This document shows, piece by piece, positions 1-12,315 of a DNA stretch of 64,000 bases; the first letter of the stretch is position 1; every line of letters begins with the position of its first letter. The stretch lies in NCBI GenBank assembly GCA_002269645.1, contig NIVC01002494.1:104631-168630 (forward strand), read 5' to 3'. The notes under the pieces are model-generated. The model was given only the letters and a program-made list of their open reading frames with translations, was not told the origin of the DNA and did not search any database. Position numbers and translations under genes: made by a program. This DNA is from Macrostomum lignano. Taxonomy: Eukaryota.

Positions 1-619
1 GAGATTCTCCCAAGTCCACCACTATAGCAATGAGATTCTCCCCAAGTCCACCACTATAGCAATGAGATTCTCCCCAAGTCCACCACTATAGCAATGAGAT
101 TCTCCCCAAGTCCGCCACTAAAGCAATGAGATTCTCCCCAAGTCCGCCACTAAAGCAATGAGATTCTCCCCAAGTCCGCCACTAAAGCAATGAGATTCTC
201 CCCAAGTCCGCCACTAAAGCAATGAGATTCTCCCCAAGTCCATCACTATAGCAATGAGATTCTCCCCAAGTCCACCACTATAGCAATGAGATTCTCCCCA
301 AACCCGCCACTAAAGCAATGAGATTCTCCCCAAGTCCGCCACTAAAGCAATGAGATTCTCCCCAAGTCCACCACTATATCAATGAGATTCTCCCCAAGTC
401 CGCCACTAAAGCAATGAGATTCTCCCCAAACCCGCCACTAAAGCAATGAGACTCTCCCCAAGTCCGCCACTAAAGCAATGAGATTCTCCCCAAGTCCGCC
501 ACTAAAGCAATGAGATTCTCCCCATATCCATCACTGTAGCAATGAGATTCTCCCCAAATCCATCACTATAGCAATGAGATTCTCCCTAAGTCCGCCACTA
601 AAGCAATGAGATTCTCCCC
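1..619 (+). repeat. 32-bp tandem repeat (~19 units, GAGATTCTCCCCAAGTCCRCCACTAWAGCAAT) in the intron upstream of the LRRC40 exon
   Basis: Period 32 read directly (unit starts at 32, 64, 96...); continues off the left edge. Confidence 0.97.
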
Positions 620-693
620 GATCCGCCTCTACATTGGTTGAACTTCAAGTCACAGCGCAGTCCCAGAAGCCCCACCTGCAACCCACTTGGCAG

Positions 694-2647
694 CTGGCCA
701 ACAGCGCGGACGCCTCCCCAGCCGACATCGCACTGGACAGATCCGGGGACAACGGGCCGCGCTGGTGGGAGGTCGCAGAGCTGACGAAGCTCTACCTGTC
801 AGCCAACAGGCTGGAGTCTCTGTCCGAGTCCATCGTCAAGTTTCCCCATCTGGCAGTTGTCGATGTCCGGGACAACCGGCTGATCCGCCTGCCTGACGCC
901 GTCGGGCAGCTCGCCGAGCTGCGCAGCCTCAACGCCTCGAAGAATCGGCTGATCGAGTTGCCGCCCAGCCTGGCCGCCAGCGGCTCCCTTGTCCAACTGA
1001 GCGTCTCGGCCAACTGCCTGTCTGAATTGCCGCCGGACATTGGCCGGCTGGACAGTCTGTCCGAGTTGGACATTGCGGACAATCAGCTGACCGGCCTGCC
1101 GGACAGTATCGCCATGCTGCGCTGCCTCCGCTGTCTGGAGGCCGGCGGCAACCGGATTGACAGCCTGCCAGCTGGGGTGGCCTATCTGCCGGCCTTGAGT
1201 CGCCTTGGCCTGGCCGGCAACCGGCTCGAGCACCTGCCAGGCGGCCTCTATCCGGCTCTGGAGGTGCTGGACCTGTCCGACAATCAGCTGACCGACCTGC
1301 CGCCAATTGGAGCCGATCCAGATTCGCCAGCCAAGCTCAAGGAGTTGCACCTGGTTAATAACAGGATTAGCCGGCTGTTGCCAGACAGGCTCCGTCCGCT
1401 GGGCGTCAGCCTTCGCCATCTGGATCTGAAGCGCAACTGCCTGTCTGAACTGCCCGTCGAGTTGGCTGGGTTGCTGCCTCTGCTTGAGCGATTGGACCTC
1501 ACTAATAACGATTTGAGCAGCCTGCCAAACGAGCTCGGCCTGCTCACTGGGCTGAAGTGCATCCTGCTGGACGGCAATCCGCTTCGAGCCCTGCGTCGCG
1601 AAGTTGTTGCCAGGGGCACTGAGGCCATCAAAAAGCATCTGGCTTCGCGCATCGCCCAGCCCGCGGCTGCCGAGGCCGCCGTTGACGCCGCAGCCGCCGT
1701 TGCCGCCGCCGCCGCTGCCGCCGTCGCTTCTGGCGGCTCCGCTACGGAAGTCGCCGCAGCTGCGTCCGCCTGTAGTAAAAAAATCAGCAAAAAGGACCCG
1801 GCCCCCAAAACTGCTCTGCAGGTGAGGTGAACTGAAGCAAATCCTCATTGGGAGTCAGTCTGTCTCAGAAACCCCCATTGAGAGTCAGTCTGTCTCAGAA
1901 ACCCCCATTGAGAGTCAGTCTGTCTCAGAAATCCCCATTGAGAGTCAGTCTGTCTCAGAAATTCCCATTGAGAGTCAGTCTGTCTCAGAAACCCCCATTG
2001 AGAGTCAGTATGTCTCAGAAATCCCCATTGAGAGTCAGTCTGTCTCAGAAACCCCCATTGAGAGTCAGTATGTCTCAGAAATCCCCATTGAGAGTCAGTC
2101 TGTCTCAGAAATCCCCATTGAGAGTCAGTCTGTCTCAGAAATCCCCATTGAGAGTCAGTCTGTCTCAGAAATCCCCATTGAGAGTCAGTCTGTCTCAGAA
2201 ATCCCATTGAGAGTCAGTCTGTCTCAGAAATCCCCATTGAGAGTCAGTCTGTCTCAGAAATCCCCATGAAGAATCGAACCCGTCCCGAACCCGCAGGCCC
2301 TGCAACAGCAGTTCGGCCTGGATCTGGGCGAGCTGCGCGTCACCGGCAGTTTAAAATATGCCGACAAGCGAGTAGCGGAAGTGCCGGAACCGCTGCTCGA
2401 ACTGTTGGCCAACAACTCGGAGACTGGCGTCAGCGTGACCCGGATTGACCTCTCCGGCAACGAGTTGGCTGGACTGCCCGAGCGGCTGGCGAAGCCGCCG
2501 TTCGCCGACAGCCTCCTGGAGGTGTCGCTTCGCAAGAATTGCCTGGTTGGTCAGCTGGACGCCGGAGTGGCTCAACTGGCTTCACTGACGGTGAGTCTGG
2601 GCGTTGGGCTGGTGGGGGCCTGTCTACTACTACTACTACTACTACTG

Positions 2648-2695
<48 letters not shown>

Positions 2696-3126
2696 ATACT
2701 AATACTAATACTACTACTACTACTACTACTGCTCATTTGCAGGTATTAGATCTGTCAGTCAACCAGCTCACCAGCCTACCCATGGAGGTGTCCCAGCTCA
2801 AGCAGCTACAGAATCTCGTGCTGTCCTACAATCGCATAGCAGAATTTCCCGAGCCGCTGTACAGTCTGCCCCGCCTGGAAACCGTCCTATTGGCTAATAA
2901 CTGCATCGCGACTTTGCAGCCGGACAGACTGCGCGGCATGAGCAGGTTGGCCACGCTGGATCTGACCAATAACAGCTTGGCTACGGTGCCTCCCCAGCTG
3001 GGCCTGTGCACCAACCTGCGCAATCTGCACCTGGAGGGAAACCGGTTTCGGGTGCCGCGGCCCGATCAGCTGGCCAAGGGCACCGCTTTTGTGCTAGAAT
3101 ACCTGCGCAATAGGATTGCCGGTTAG
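694..3126 (+). CDS. LRRC40: Leucine-rich repeat protein 40, 5'-partial; exons 694-1821, 2297-2590, 2743-3126
   Basis: LRRs with LRRC40-characteristic segments (RWWEVAELTKLYLSANRL; LDGNPLRALRREVVARGTEAIKKHL; C-terminal EGNRFRVPR..LAKGTAFVLEYLRNRI*). Phase-0 splice sites CAG|GTGAGG (1821), CAG| (2296), ACG|GTGAGT (2590) and CAG| (2742) keep one frame. The 694 acceptor is less certain. Confidence 0.85.
1846..2267 (+). repeat. 30-bp tandem repeat (~14 units, GAGAGTCAGTCTGTCTCAGAAAYCCCCATT) filling an LRRC40 intron
   Basis: Period 30 read directly; lies between donor 1822 and acceptor 2296. Confidence 0.97.
2624..2730 (+). repeat. (CTA)n microsatellite filling an LRRC40 intron
   Basis: Direct read; a few CTAATA variants. 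Confidence 0.98.
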
Positions 3127-3629
3127 AATTGGATTTGATTACAGATTTAGTGCGCTATGATTACTACTCGAATAAGTAGTTTACAGCTTAGCATTATTGC
3201 AATTCAAAATGAGATTAATAATTTGAGCATTTTTATTTTCAAGCAAAGACTTTGCTTAGGTGCACAGAGATGTCAATATCGAGATAATAGCTTCATTTTT
3301 AAGGTTTCACTTACCCGTGAATGCGACGGTGTCCGTTGACTGTTCTGTACCAGTGCTCTGTGTATTAAGCATTCATGTCACACAGCATTGTCACAGGTAA
3401 CAAATAAATGCTTGTAAAAGTGCCTGCTTGTGTGCTCAATTTTCCTTTTTTTAATGCATACAAATTATACAGTTTAATATTGATTTCTTGATTTACGTTG
3501 CATAAATTCCATTCAGTGAGGGGCAAAGAAAACAGTAAGCGAACAGGTGGCGCAAACGAGGCCGGAACCGGCAAAGTACTTTATTTTTAGTACCGAAACT
3601 GTCGCTCTCTCTCCTCGCATTTTGGAGAC

Positions 3630-4260
3630 TTTGGCTCGCACACTGAAGCCAGGACAAAACAGATAATGATGGCGTTCACGCTAATAATTCGGAGTTTTAG
3701 GATCCGAGAATAAAACAATTTGACAGCTATTGGATTTGCGATTTAGTCCAGTGACTGGGTTGGCTTAGAAATTAAGATTAATTATGAGCAGATTGAATAC
3801 ATTGAATGAATGGTGGGTCAGGCTTGAGAATACCAATTTGGTTTGATTGCAGTGCAGATAATCGTAAATCACAGGGTATTCAGAGGCTAAACAGGTTCGG
3901 GATACAGCATAGCTACGAGCGTACTTCTTATCTGACTCTGAAAATCCAAGTAGAGAAACATCTCGCTGCTGACTGAACTGCGAGCTCACTGGATCAGCCA
4001 CTGCTGTGCAGATACCGCGAGGACAGCCGGAGCGCAAACCAGACAGTTCCAGCACTGAGCCACGCCAGATCCACATTTAGTTGAGCTGACGATTTCGCCT
4101 GCGTCGAGTTTCGAGGCGACGACTTGGCCGTGGAATTTTTTTGGTTGTTCACCAAATGCTGCGCCACAGTCGTTTGGGGTGAGTTGTGCGGAGTCTTATA
4201 GTCGGTTAGTTCGCACCATCGCTTTTTGTCTTTAGTGACTAGCTTACGAGACATACTCGA
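3630..4260 (-). pseudogene. Relic of the CLCA-like last exon and 3' flank
   Basis: Encodes ...KSSPRNSTQAKSSAQLNVDLAWLSAGTV, then shifts frame relative to the intact paralogs; 3' flank matches 6170-6530; cut off at a (CT)n tract. Confidence 0.8.
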
Positions 4261-4262
<2 letters not shown>

Positions 4263-4312
<50 letters not shown>

Positions 4313-4720
4313 TCTCGTTCATTTCTCTTTTATCTCTACCATATCTCCCCTTCTCTCTCTCTCCCTTTTACCCTCCTTCTCTCATCCAACTCCCCCATCT
4401 CTCCTTCATTGTCCTCCATCTCTCCCACTATCAGTCCCATTCTCCCCCCATTTTTCCCATTCTCCTATCTCTTACCCATCTCTGTCTGTACAGCTCCATG
4501 CACAGTCTTCCAGCTCTTCTGTCTCCCATTCCCGAACACATCTCTTTTCTTTCTCATCTCCAACCATCTCTGCCCCATCTCTACCCTGCTTTTCGTCAGT
4601 CTACCCTATTTTTCCATCTCTCTTATGTCTCAATATTCTCTTCTCAAAATATTTTTTCCATTTAACTCATATATTTTGTTCCACTTAAATAATTCCTATC
4701 TACATCTCCCTAGTCCTGCT
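4263..4720. repeat. (CT)n microsatellite (4263-4308) followed by pyrimidine-rich low-complexity DNA
   Basis: Direct read. Confidence 0.9.
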
Positions 4721-5249
4721 TTTGCCTTGTAGCCAACTTGTATTCCAATTTTCCTGGCCTGTCCGCATGCCTGGTTTCCCAGCCATGGACTTCAATATTG
4801 GTCTTCAATATTGACACTCTATATGGCCGGGCAGCCAAAATCTACAATTAATATTGACAGATCAAGCTTCATTTTTGACAAATTCTGTTTTAATTTCGAC
4901 AATGCTGAGAGAATTCGGTAATACAGTAATTCAATAAAAGCCTGAACGGTGCTAAAGCAGCTCATTCTGACCTTGTTTTGGAGATCTACAAGTACTGATC
5001 AAAAATTTTCTGCATCCTCTCATACACTGACAAAAATATCCTGACTTAAAAAATTCGGGTACCCGAAAATTCCAATTCATTCTTGACAACTCTTAATCAA
5101 TATTAAACAGTTTACAATCAATTTAAACAAGAGAAAAGCTTGGAAATGTCGAAGCAGTCTTTTTTCTATGGCAGTTTGCTTTTATCTATGTCTTGAGGCT
5201 GCCTGTGCCTCGAATCTAATTATTGGCTACCTGCTTCAGTTTTTTTTTG

Positions 5250-5870
5250 ATTTTTTGGGATTTCTGGGACAGACTGACTCTAAATGGGGATTTCTGAGAC
5301 AGATCCTGACTCCCAATGGGATTTCTGAGACAGACTGACTCTTAATGGGATTTCTGAGACAGACTGACTCCCAATGGAATTTCTGAGACAGACTGACTCC
5401 CAATGGGATTTCTGAGACAGACTGACTCCCAATGGGATTTCTGAGACAGACTGACTCCCAATGGGGATTTCTGAGACCCACCAGCGCGGCCCGTTGTCCC
5501 CGGATCTGTCCAGTGCGATGTCGGCTGGGGAGGCGTCCGCGCTGCTGGCCAGCTGCCAAGTGGGTTGCAGGTGGGGCTTCTGGGAGCTTGAAGTTCAAGC
5601 AATGTAGAGGCTGATTGGAGAGAATCTCATTGCTATAGTGATGGATTTTGTGGAGAATCTCATTGCTATAGTGGTGGATTTGGGGAGAATCTCATTGCTA
5701 TAGTGGTGGATTTGGGGAGAATCTCATTGCTATAGTGGTGGATTTGGGGAGAATCTCATTGCTATAGTGGTGGATTTAGGGAGAATCTCATTGCCATAGT
5801 GGTTGGTGGATTTGGGGAGAATCTCATTGCCATAGTGGTTGGTGGATTTCGGGAGAATCTCATTGCTATA
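5250..5870 (-). pseudogene. Inverted, internally deleted LRRC40 remnant: 32/36-bp repeat (5620-5870), ~130 bp of exon (5478-5612), 30-bp repeat (5255-5477)
   Basis: 5478-5612 is the reverse complement of ~620-770 and is joined directly to the 30-bp intronic repeat; ~1.1 kb of exon is missing. Confidence 0.9.
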
Positions 5871-6530
5871 TTTGCTATTCATAATGTAAAGATCATTAAA
5901 TCAAGGCTTGCAATAGCATAATTAAGGAAGTCAATACTGTGTAACTCACCGATTTTCCTCTGAAAGTACTTTACTTTCAGGTCACAGAAGGCATTATTTT
6001 AACTAAAGGCCAATTGTTGTAGTGCGCTTGGAACAAATTGATCAGCTGATTTCCAGTATTTCTGCACAGTGTATTTGTAATTTTATCAATCTGAGCGCTT
6101 GCCCATCATGCACAAATTCATACCGAAATATTTAGTCATTTAGTCATGCCAATACCTGCCAGTTTGGCTCGTACACTGAAGCCAGTGCAAAACAGATAAT
6201 GATGGCGTCCGCGCTAATAATTTATGAGTTTTAGGATCGGAGAATAAAACAATTTGACAGCAATTTGATTTGCGATATCAAAGCAATTAAGTACACTGAC
6301 TGGGCTGGCTTAGAAATTAAGATTAATTATCAGCGGATTGAATGCATTGAATGAATGGTGGGTCAGGCTTGAGAATACCAATTTGGTTTGATTGCAGTGC
6401 AGATAATCGTAAATCACAGGGTATTCAGAGGCTAAACAGGTTCGGGATACAGCATAGCTACGAGCGTACTTCTTATCTGACTCTGAAAATCCAAGTAGAG
6501 AAACATATCGCTGCTGACTGAACTGCGAGC

Positions 6531-8598
6531 TCACTGGATCAGCCACTGCTGTGCAGATACCGTGAAGACAGCCAGAGAGCAGACGGTTCCAGCACTGAGC
6601 CACGCCAGATCCACATTTAGTTGAGCCGACGATTTCACCTGCGTCGAGTTTCGTGGCGACGACTTTGCCGTGGAGTTGGCTGTTGACTTGGCCTTGTTCG
6701 GGTCATTCGTTAAACTTTGCGCCACAGTCGAGTCGAGTTCGCACCATTGCGTTCTGTCTACAGCAAATGGCTCTTTAAGCGATGTCATCGTCTTGGCATA
6801 AATAAAGTGAAGACTAGACTCACTGGACACGTTCGCAGCGGAAATGGCAATCACTGCTATCCACATTTGAGGCTCATTCAGAGCCATATACTGGCTGTAG
6901 ATGTTCACCGAAGATTGGTTGGTGACGGCCAGTTCTGGACAGGAGCTATAGTTACGGCCCTTTGAAGTGGTGCAGCTGTCCCCTGATTTTTCGTAGCGAA
7001 TGCTGTAGACAGGCACTTCTGTTGGCGGTAATTTAGATGCTCATAAGCGTCAAAATAAGTGAAATTTGCATGGCGGCTGCGCAATGGATATTTGGGATAC
7101 TGTTTACTCTTTGAACAGAATGCCAAAGAGTGTGCTTTTGTAACTTAATGGCGTGAAAAATATACATATCGGTACAATTCATATTTCAGCTTGTATTTCA
7201 ACAATCAGCAGAGCTGCTGCAAGCGTTGCACCTACCTGCTTTAGGCGGGAGTAGACCAGACGGATCTTCAACGGGATACCATTTGATCTCAAATATTTTG
7301 CTCGCGTTATTCAAGTTACTTTTATAGATCCACGTAACTTTTTCAGGCACAATACGACGTCTGTCAAAGTTGGGGTCCTCCGCCTGAACTGTCAAAGTGC
7401 CGGCAGACAATTCCACTTGGAGCGGGTACGTGACTTTCACAGTGACATCGTATTGACCAGCTTTCTGTACTGCATTAAGTGGTATCTGGGCGGTGAATAC
7501 TCCGTCACCTGTACGAAGAAAATGCGAGTAAAATGAGTCTTAAATCGTTGTCTGAGAGTAACAGATTTAATCCAGCTACTGAAAGTTTAGTCTTTACTCA
7601 CTGCGACGTTGTTCGAATATACAAAATCGAGCCACTTCCGTGTTGCCTGCTTCGACCACTGCGTACATGCGATACTTGTGTTGAATTTGGGATGTTGGTA
7701 ACAGATACACGTCGACACTGATTGAAGTATCATACTTGACCATTTTTACTTTTTTTGGTGACACTTCAAAGATAGAATCTTTAGGAAGCCAATGAGGTCG
7801 TGCCGTGATAACTACACGCATGTTTGTCGCCGCCTGTCTGCGAATCCGGCGTGCGAGACCGACTGCGAGATTCGCCAGCGTCCACTTTCCACTCTGTTGG
7901 AGTGGCGGGTTTGAGGCAAGGCGATTTCTATTGGTTTAAGCCTAAAAGTTTAATAGTCTTAGTCTTACTAATTAACTGCCCTAATAATTATTTCTATTTA
8001 TGGCTTATCTGCCCCTGAAAAAGCATATTTAAATTGTAGTGAATGGGAAAGTCAGTTTTAGTTTAGTGTAACACACTGTTACAGTAACTGTTAATATTTC
8101 ACTTTCTTTTGTGTTCTACTTTTGCCGTCGTAAAGTAATCCCTCCAGCAAGCGAGAACATTGGCTCATAATGCACGTAATTGGCTCAACTCACCTCAACC
8201 TCTGCATCAGGAATTTGCATTGTCACGGATCCGACTGCAACATCGACTGTGCAAACGGCGCTGCTGCCACCAGAGCAATCGAAAGTCCTACCGCTCGGCG
8301 ACCGAAGCATGAGGCGCAGAGAGTCAACCTTGGCGGGATCGCTTGGCAGAAACAGCGAGAAGACGAGATTGCTGCGAGCGCTGACGTCTAATTCCACCGG
8401 ATACCGTAGGTCAAAGGGAACTTGCCTCGAATCCAGCTGCTTGTCATGCACGTCGCCGTCTGCGGATATTTGCACAAAGACTGGGAAGTCGTTATAGTAG
8501 CCGTCATCAGCGAGATGCAGTTTGCTTGACGCATCGAGCTGGATGCAAAAAGCAGCCAGAAAAGTCATGAAGATTGTGCTGGCGTTTTTTAGCCTCAT
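6531..8598 (-). CDS. 'Headless' CLCA-like protein, copy A (~485 aa): signal peptide, beta-sandwich/FN3-like region, S/T stalk, hydrophobic C-terminus; exons 8598-8194, 7893-7602, 7508-7236, 7018-6531
   Basis: Exon lengths 405+292+273+488 give one open frame with GT-AG sites; colinear with exons 1 and 6-9 of the gene at 43011-47615. Confidence 0.8.
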
Positions 8599-9351
8599 GT
8601 TTAAGAATTCTGTGCAGATAAAAGTTGACAGAATTTCTATGCTGAGCGATGGCTCTGCAAGAGATGAACTGGCGCTGGCAAGCAACTCAGCTCGATACTG
8701 CCGGCTTTAAGCTTCGTGCATTAATTTGAATATTTGATTGTTGTATAAAAGTACTTTTAGACCAAACTCAAAAACATGGCGGCTCGAGCGGTAGCAAGCG
8801 GCAAATAGTCTATGGGCCTGAGGGCGGTCAGGCTTAGAAAACAAGTTCAGGTTGAACTTTTGGAAGCAAATATCAAAGCAGAAAGCAAATTTCATAGAAT
8901 GCCATAGAATGTGACTTTGTTTCTTTTGAATTTTAAGTTAGCGCGTGCGCGTCAACCTGGGACGATTTTGACCACAGACAGTCTGAATTGATTTTCTTCT
9001 GTTCAAATAGAAAGGGATTTTCCGCAATTTTCTGAATGAATTTCCGCAAGCGCTGATTTTTATTAAAGTGTCTGAATTGAAGTTCTGCTTGTTTCTTTTG
9101 AACATGAATTTGCTCAAAATAGGAGGTAAAATGGTGTTTTAACCGCTGTCATTCTTTAACCCTTTTGGTTGTTCTATGAATCAGTAATTCCAAATAATTA
9201 ATTAATAAAAAAATTAATTTTTTACAAGCCTCTGTTTTCCCCATTTAAGTGAAACACGTAGCTAATTTTTTAACTAGAACAATTAGTACAATTTAATTGT
9301 TCAGAATCTTATGATGCAGAAACCCATAGTGCAAAATCCCATGTTGCATGT

Positions 9352-9412
9352 CGAATCCCATACTGCTGCAGGACCTCATGGAGCATGCAGAATCCCATAC
9401 TGCTGCAGGACC
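9352..9412 (+). repeat. Two units of the 37-bp satellite also found at 56826-58047
   Basis: GAATCCCATACTGCTGCAGGACCTCATGGAGCATGCA matches the large array. Confidence 0.85.
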
Positions 9413-9439
9413 TGTTGTCTAGTAGCTCATTCAGGCACT

Positions 9440-9700
9440 CCACCAGCTCCTCCACTCTAGCAAAACGTCCAAGGCCTTATGCTCTCTTCCATCTGAGACA
9501 GTGATGCAGTAAGGCTCGTCAACATTGAACCACGCAGCAGGCAGATGTATTTCAGTCGGACCTGCCTCATAGTCCTCATTTCAATCCAAGTAAATAGGTG
9601 AAGGAAGAAGAAAATGAAATTCACTAGGAGTACCTTCAGCATGTTGACTGATGACAATATTCTTCATATTACGATTGAATACGTCAGTTTGAGGCAGGTA
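9440..9700 (-). mobile_element. Degraded copy of the Polinton-like (putative minor capsid N-terminus) segment at 11290-11490
   Basis: Same-orientation nucleotide similarity (CCAAGGCCT.ATGCTCTCTTCCATCTGAGACAGTGATGCAGTAAGGC...). Confidence 0.55.
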
Positions 9701-9719
9701 TCTGAGTCTAACTGGTTTT

Positions 9720-11230
9720 AACCCCCCCGCGCCGGCCTGGCCTCGCTTTTGTTACTGCACTTACTATGGACTGCACGCTAAGCAGCATGACCGTACAGAC
9801 CCTCAAAGATGCCTTACGCGAGAAGGCCTTACCTACAAATAAAGAAGAGCTGATAGGCCGCCTGCTCGCTGCACGAGCTCCCAGCGACCACGACGGTGAC
9901 GACAACCAGGACGAGATGACGTGCGCCGGGCTGCGCCAGCGGAGGAGGCCACAGAAGCGCAGATTCGGCAGGCTCAGAAGAGGATCGAGCTGCTGAAACT
10001 GCAGAAGGCTGAGGCCCAGTTGCGGGATGAAGTGCAGTCGATCCGCAGTGGCACCGCATCGCCCCAGCTGGCCAGAGGAGAGCCGGACATCTACGCCAGC
10101 CTGTTTGGGGACCAGAGCCGACAACCGAGGTTTGATTCGGCCAGAGCCCAGCGGCCCCCATCAGCGGTGCTCATCCCGGACTTCCTGGACAAGAGGCAGC
10201 AGTCGGGAGAATGGCTGACACAGGAACGCGGTCGCCTGACTCTGAAAGGCGCCACGCCGAGCCTGTCCGGAGTCAATTTCGGCCAGTGGGTGGCTGCCAA
10301 CGCGCAGATCATGCAGGGCCGGCAGCAGGAACACTCGAAGACTCGGATGAGGAGTTTCTGATCGCGGGAATTCGCGATGGCTTTCGCATTACCGACGCGG
10401 CTCCGACCAGCGAATCCCGGCTCGAAAATCATGCATCCGCACGCTGCGAGGCGAATCGGCATGCCGTTGAGCTGCAGATCATAGAGGAGGTCGTGGCTAG
10501 CCGCGGTACATCTGCGTAACTGACTTGGGCCGATCATCATCAGCCCACTGGGCGCCATCCCGAAGGCAGACGGCGCCATCCGCCTAATTCACGACGCGTC
10601 CGCGCCGCAGGGCAATAGCCTCAACGATCTGTACAAGCCCCGCCAGAAGCTGAAGTTTGCCAATGTCGAGGATCTCACCATGGCAGCTGGCACCAGGCTG
10701 GTTCATCAGCAAGAGGTCGATCTTCGCCACGCCTACCGAAGCGTTCAGGTGCACCCAGACTGCTATCAGGCGACGGGGCTCCGGTGGACGTTCGAGCTGG
10801 ACGGTCAGCCAACCTGCCTGGTTGACACGCGATTCCCATTCGGTGCAGCGGCATCAGTCAACATTTTCCACCGCCTAACGCAAGCTGTCAAGCGCTACAT
10901 GCACAGGCAATTCTCGCATCTGTCCAAATTCGCCGGCATCGCATACCTCGACGATTTCTGCATAGCTGCTCAGGACTACGAGGTCTGCCTGCAGCTGCAC
11001 AATTTTCTGCTGGCCACTCTGCAGCGCCTCGGCTTTGAGATCAACTGGGCCAAGACTCAGAGCCCAGCCACTTCGGTCACTTTCCTGGGTATGCAGATCG
11101 ACACATTGACTTGAGAAGATAGACGGCCTTCGAGAACTTCTCCAGGACTGCGCCAACTCAAAGAGCCTGCAAAAACCGAACTGGTTCTGCAAAGTTGCCA
11201 AACCCGCAAAGGCCCTGCTCCGCGCGCTGC
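9720..11230 (+). mobile_element. Truncated DIRS/Ngaro-type retrotransposon: gag-like ORF pieces plus reverse transcriptase
   Basis: LGAIPKADGAIRLIHDAS, VDLRHAYRSV, RFPFGAAASVNIFHRLT, YLDDF, WAKTQSP..VTFLGMQIDT; frameshifts, stop after the RT. Confidence 0.85.
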
Positions 11231-11680
11231 TGGAGATAACCATCGCTATTCCTGAGCAGCATCATCGAGACCAAATTGATCAGGTTATTGATCAGGACCA
11301 AGGCCTCATGCTCTCTTCCATCTGAGACAGTGATGCAGTAAGGCTTGTCAACATTGAACCATGCAGCCAGACCTGCCTCATAGTCCACATTTCGATTTAA
11401 GTAAATAGGTGAAGACAGGTGAAAATAAAAGACACCAGGAGTGCCTTCAGCATGTTGACTGTTGATGGCAATATTCTTCATAGTACGATTGAACAAATAA
11501 TGACAGTTGAATCAACCAGCTAAACTTTTCTTAAGTCTTTGTCGTCTACCCAGCCAGTCGGGTCGTAGCCGGCCCACTTGACCAGATAGCGAATTTCCCC
11601 TTCCGCTTCTCAGTCTTTAGGGACTTCTCGATCACATACAGCCACTGCGAGTCCGGGACAGCCTGCAGCTCGTGCATGTC
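11230..11680 (-). mobile_element. Polinton/Maverick relic: integrase C-terminal chromodomain (11677-11520) followed by a putative minor capsid N-terminus (from 11481)
   Basis: HELQAVPDSQWLYVIEKSLKTEKRKGEIRYLVKWAGYDPTGWVDDKDL is a chromodomain; the next ORF has FYFHLSSPIYLNRNVDYEAGL, recalled as Polinton penton-like. Confidence 0.65.
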
Positions 11681-11972
11681 AATTAGTCATTAGTCATGTC
11701 AAAAGGGCAGTTTGAAATTTTTACGTCCAACCGGAGTTCATGAGCATTGGCAGCTCGTCTTTCTTTTCTGATTAAAACAAACCTTGAGAGTGGCTGGGTC
11801 TCACCCAGCTAGCTGCTCATCCAAAGCATTTTTGCGCCCCAGATTTTTTAACTACTTTGAAGTACTTCATGAATGAAGGTCACACCTGACCTCAAAATTA
11901 ATTATATTGCACAGAGATGCAAAACTGTTTGCGGTGTAATTAATTGGTCTGGATTGGTCGCATCAATGGGGG

Positions 11973-12074
11973 GTTAACTGGAAGAGAGAACTCCAGGCAA
12001 CGGCCAAAGCCACGAGCGGCGCTAGCCGCGAGTGGAAATTTGGCCGTTGCCTGGAGTTCTCTCTTCCAGTTAAC
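11973..12074. repeat. Perfect 36-bp inverted repeat (11973-12008 / 12039-12074) at the left end of the Crypton insertion
   Basis: GTTAACTGGAAGAGAGAACTCCAGGCAACGGCCAAA and its exact reverse complement; the loop is also partly self-complementary. Confidence 0.97.
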
Positions 12075-12315
12075 TTCATTGCAGGAAATATCTATGGCAT
12101 GAATCGAAGTGGCCCAGAAGGAGGAGGCACAAACGTCTATGGCACGAAAGCCAAAAGGCGTGGAGAGTTCATGGCAATGACAATCCTATTGATTGAATGG
12201 AGGGTTGAAATGTCTATGGCAAAACTTTCAGTGGGGGTGAAGGGGTTTGTGTGAGGGATTCCCAGGCAGTAAGTAGTCTGTCCAAACCTGTTGATTCAAG
12301 AGTTTTCTGTCCATC

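Noticed and set aside
1-619. CRISPR-like appearance of the 32-bp array (constant part plus slightly variable part); likewise the 37-bp array
   Set aside because: No unique spacers, units differ by only 1-4 nt, no cas genes, eukaryotic intron context
799-1848. 349-aa antisense ORF and other overlapping ORFs
   Set aside because: Shadow of a GC-rich coding exon; no independent motif
1845-2210. ORFs on both strands of the 30-bp repeat
   Set aside because: Repeat read-through inside a well-supported intron
2381-2749. Poly-Leu and poly-Thr ORF segments
   Set aside because: Translation of the intronic (CTA)n; splicing gives contiguous LRRC40
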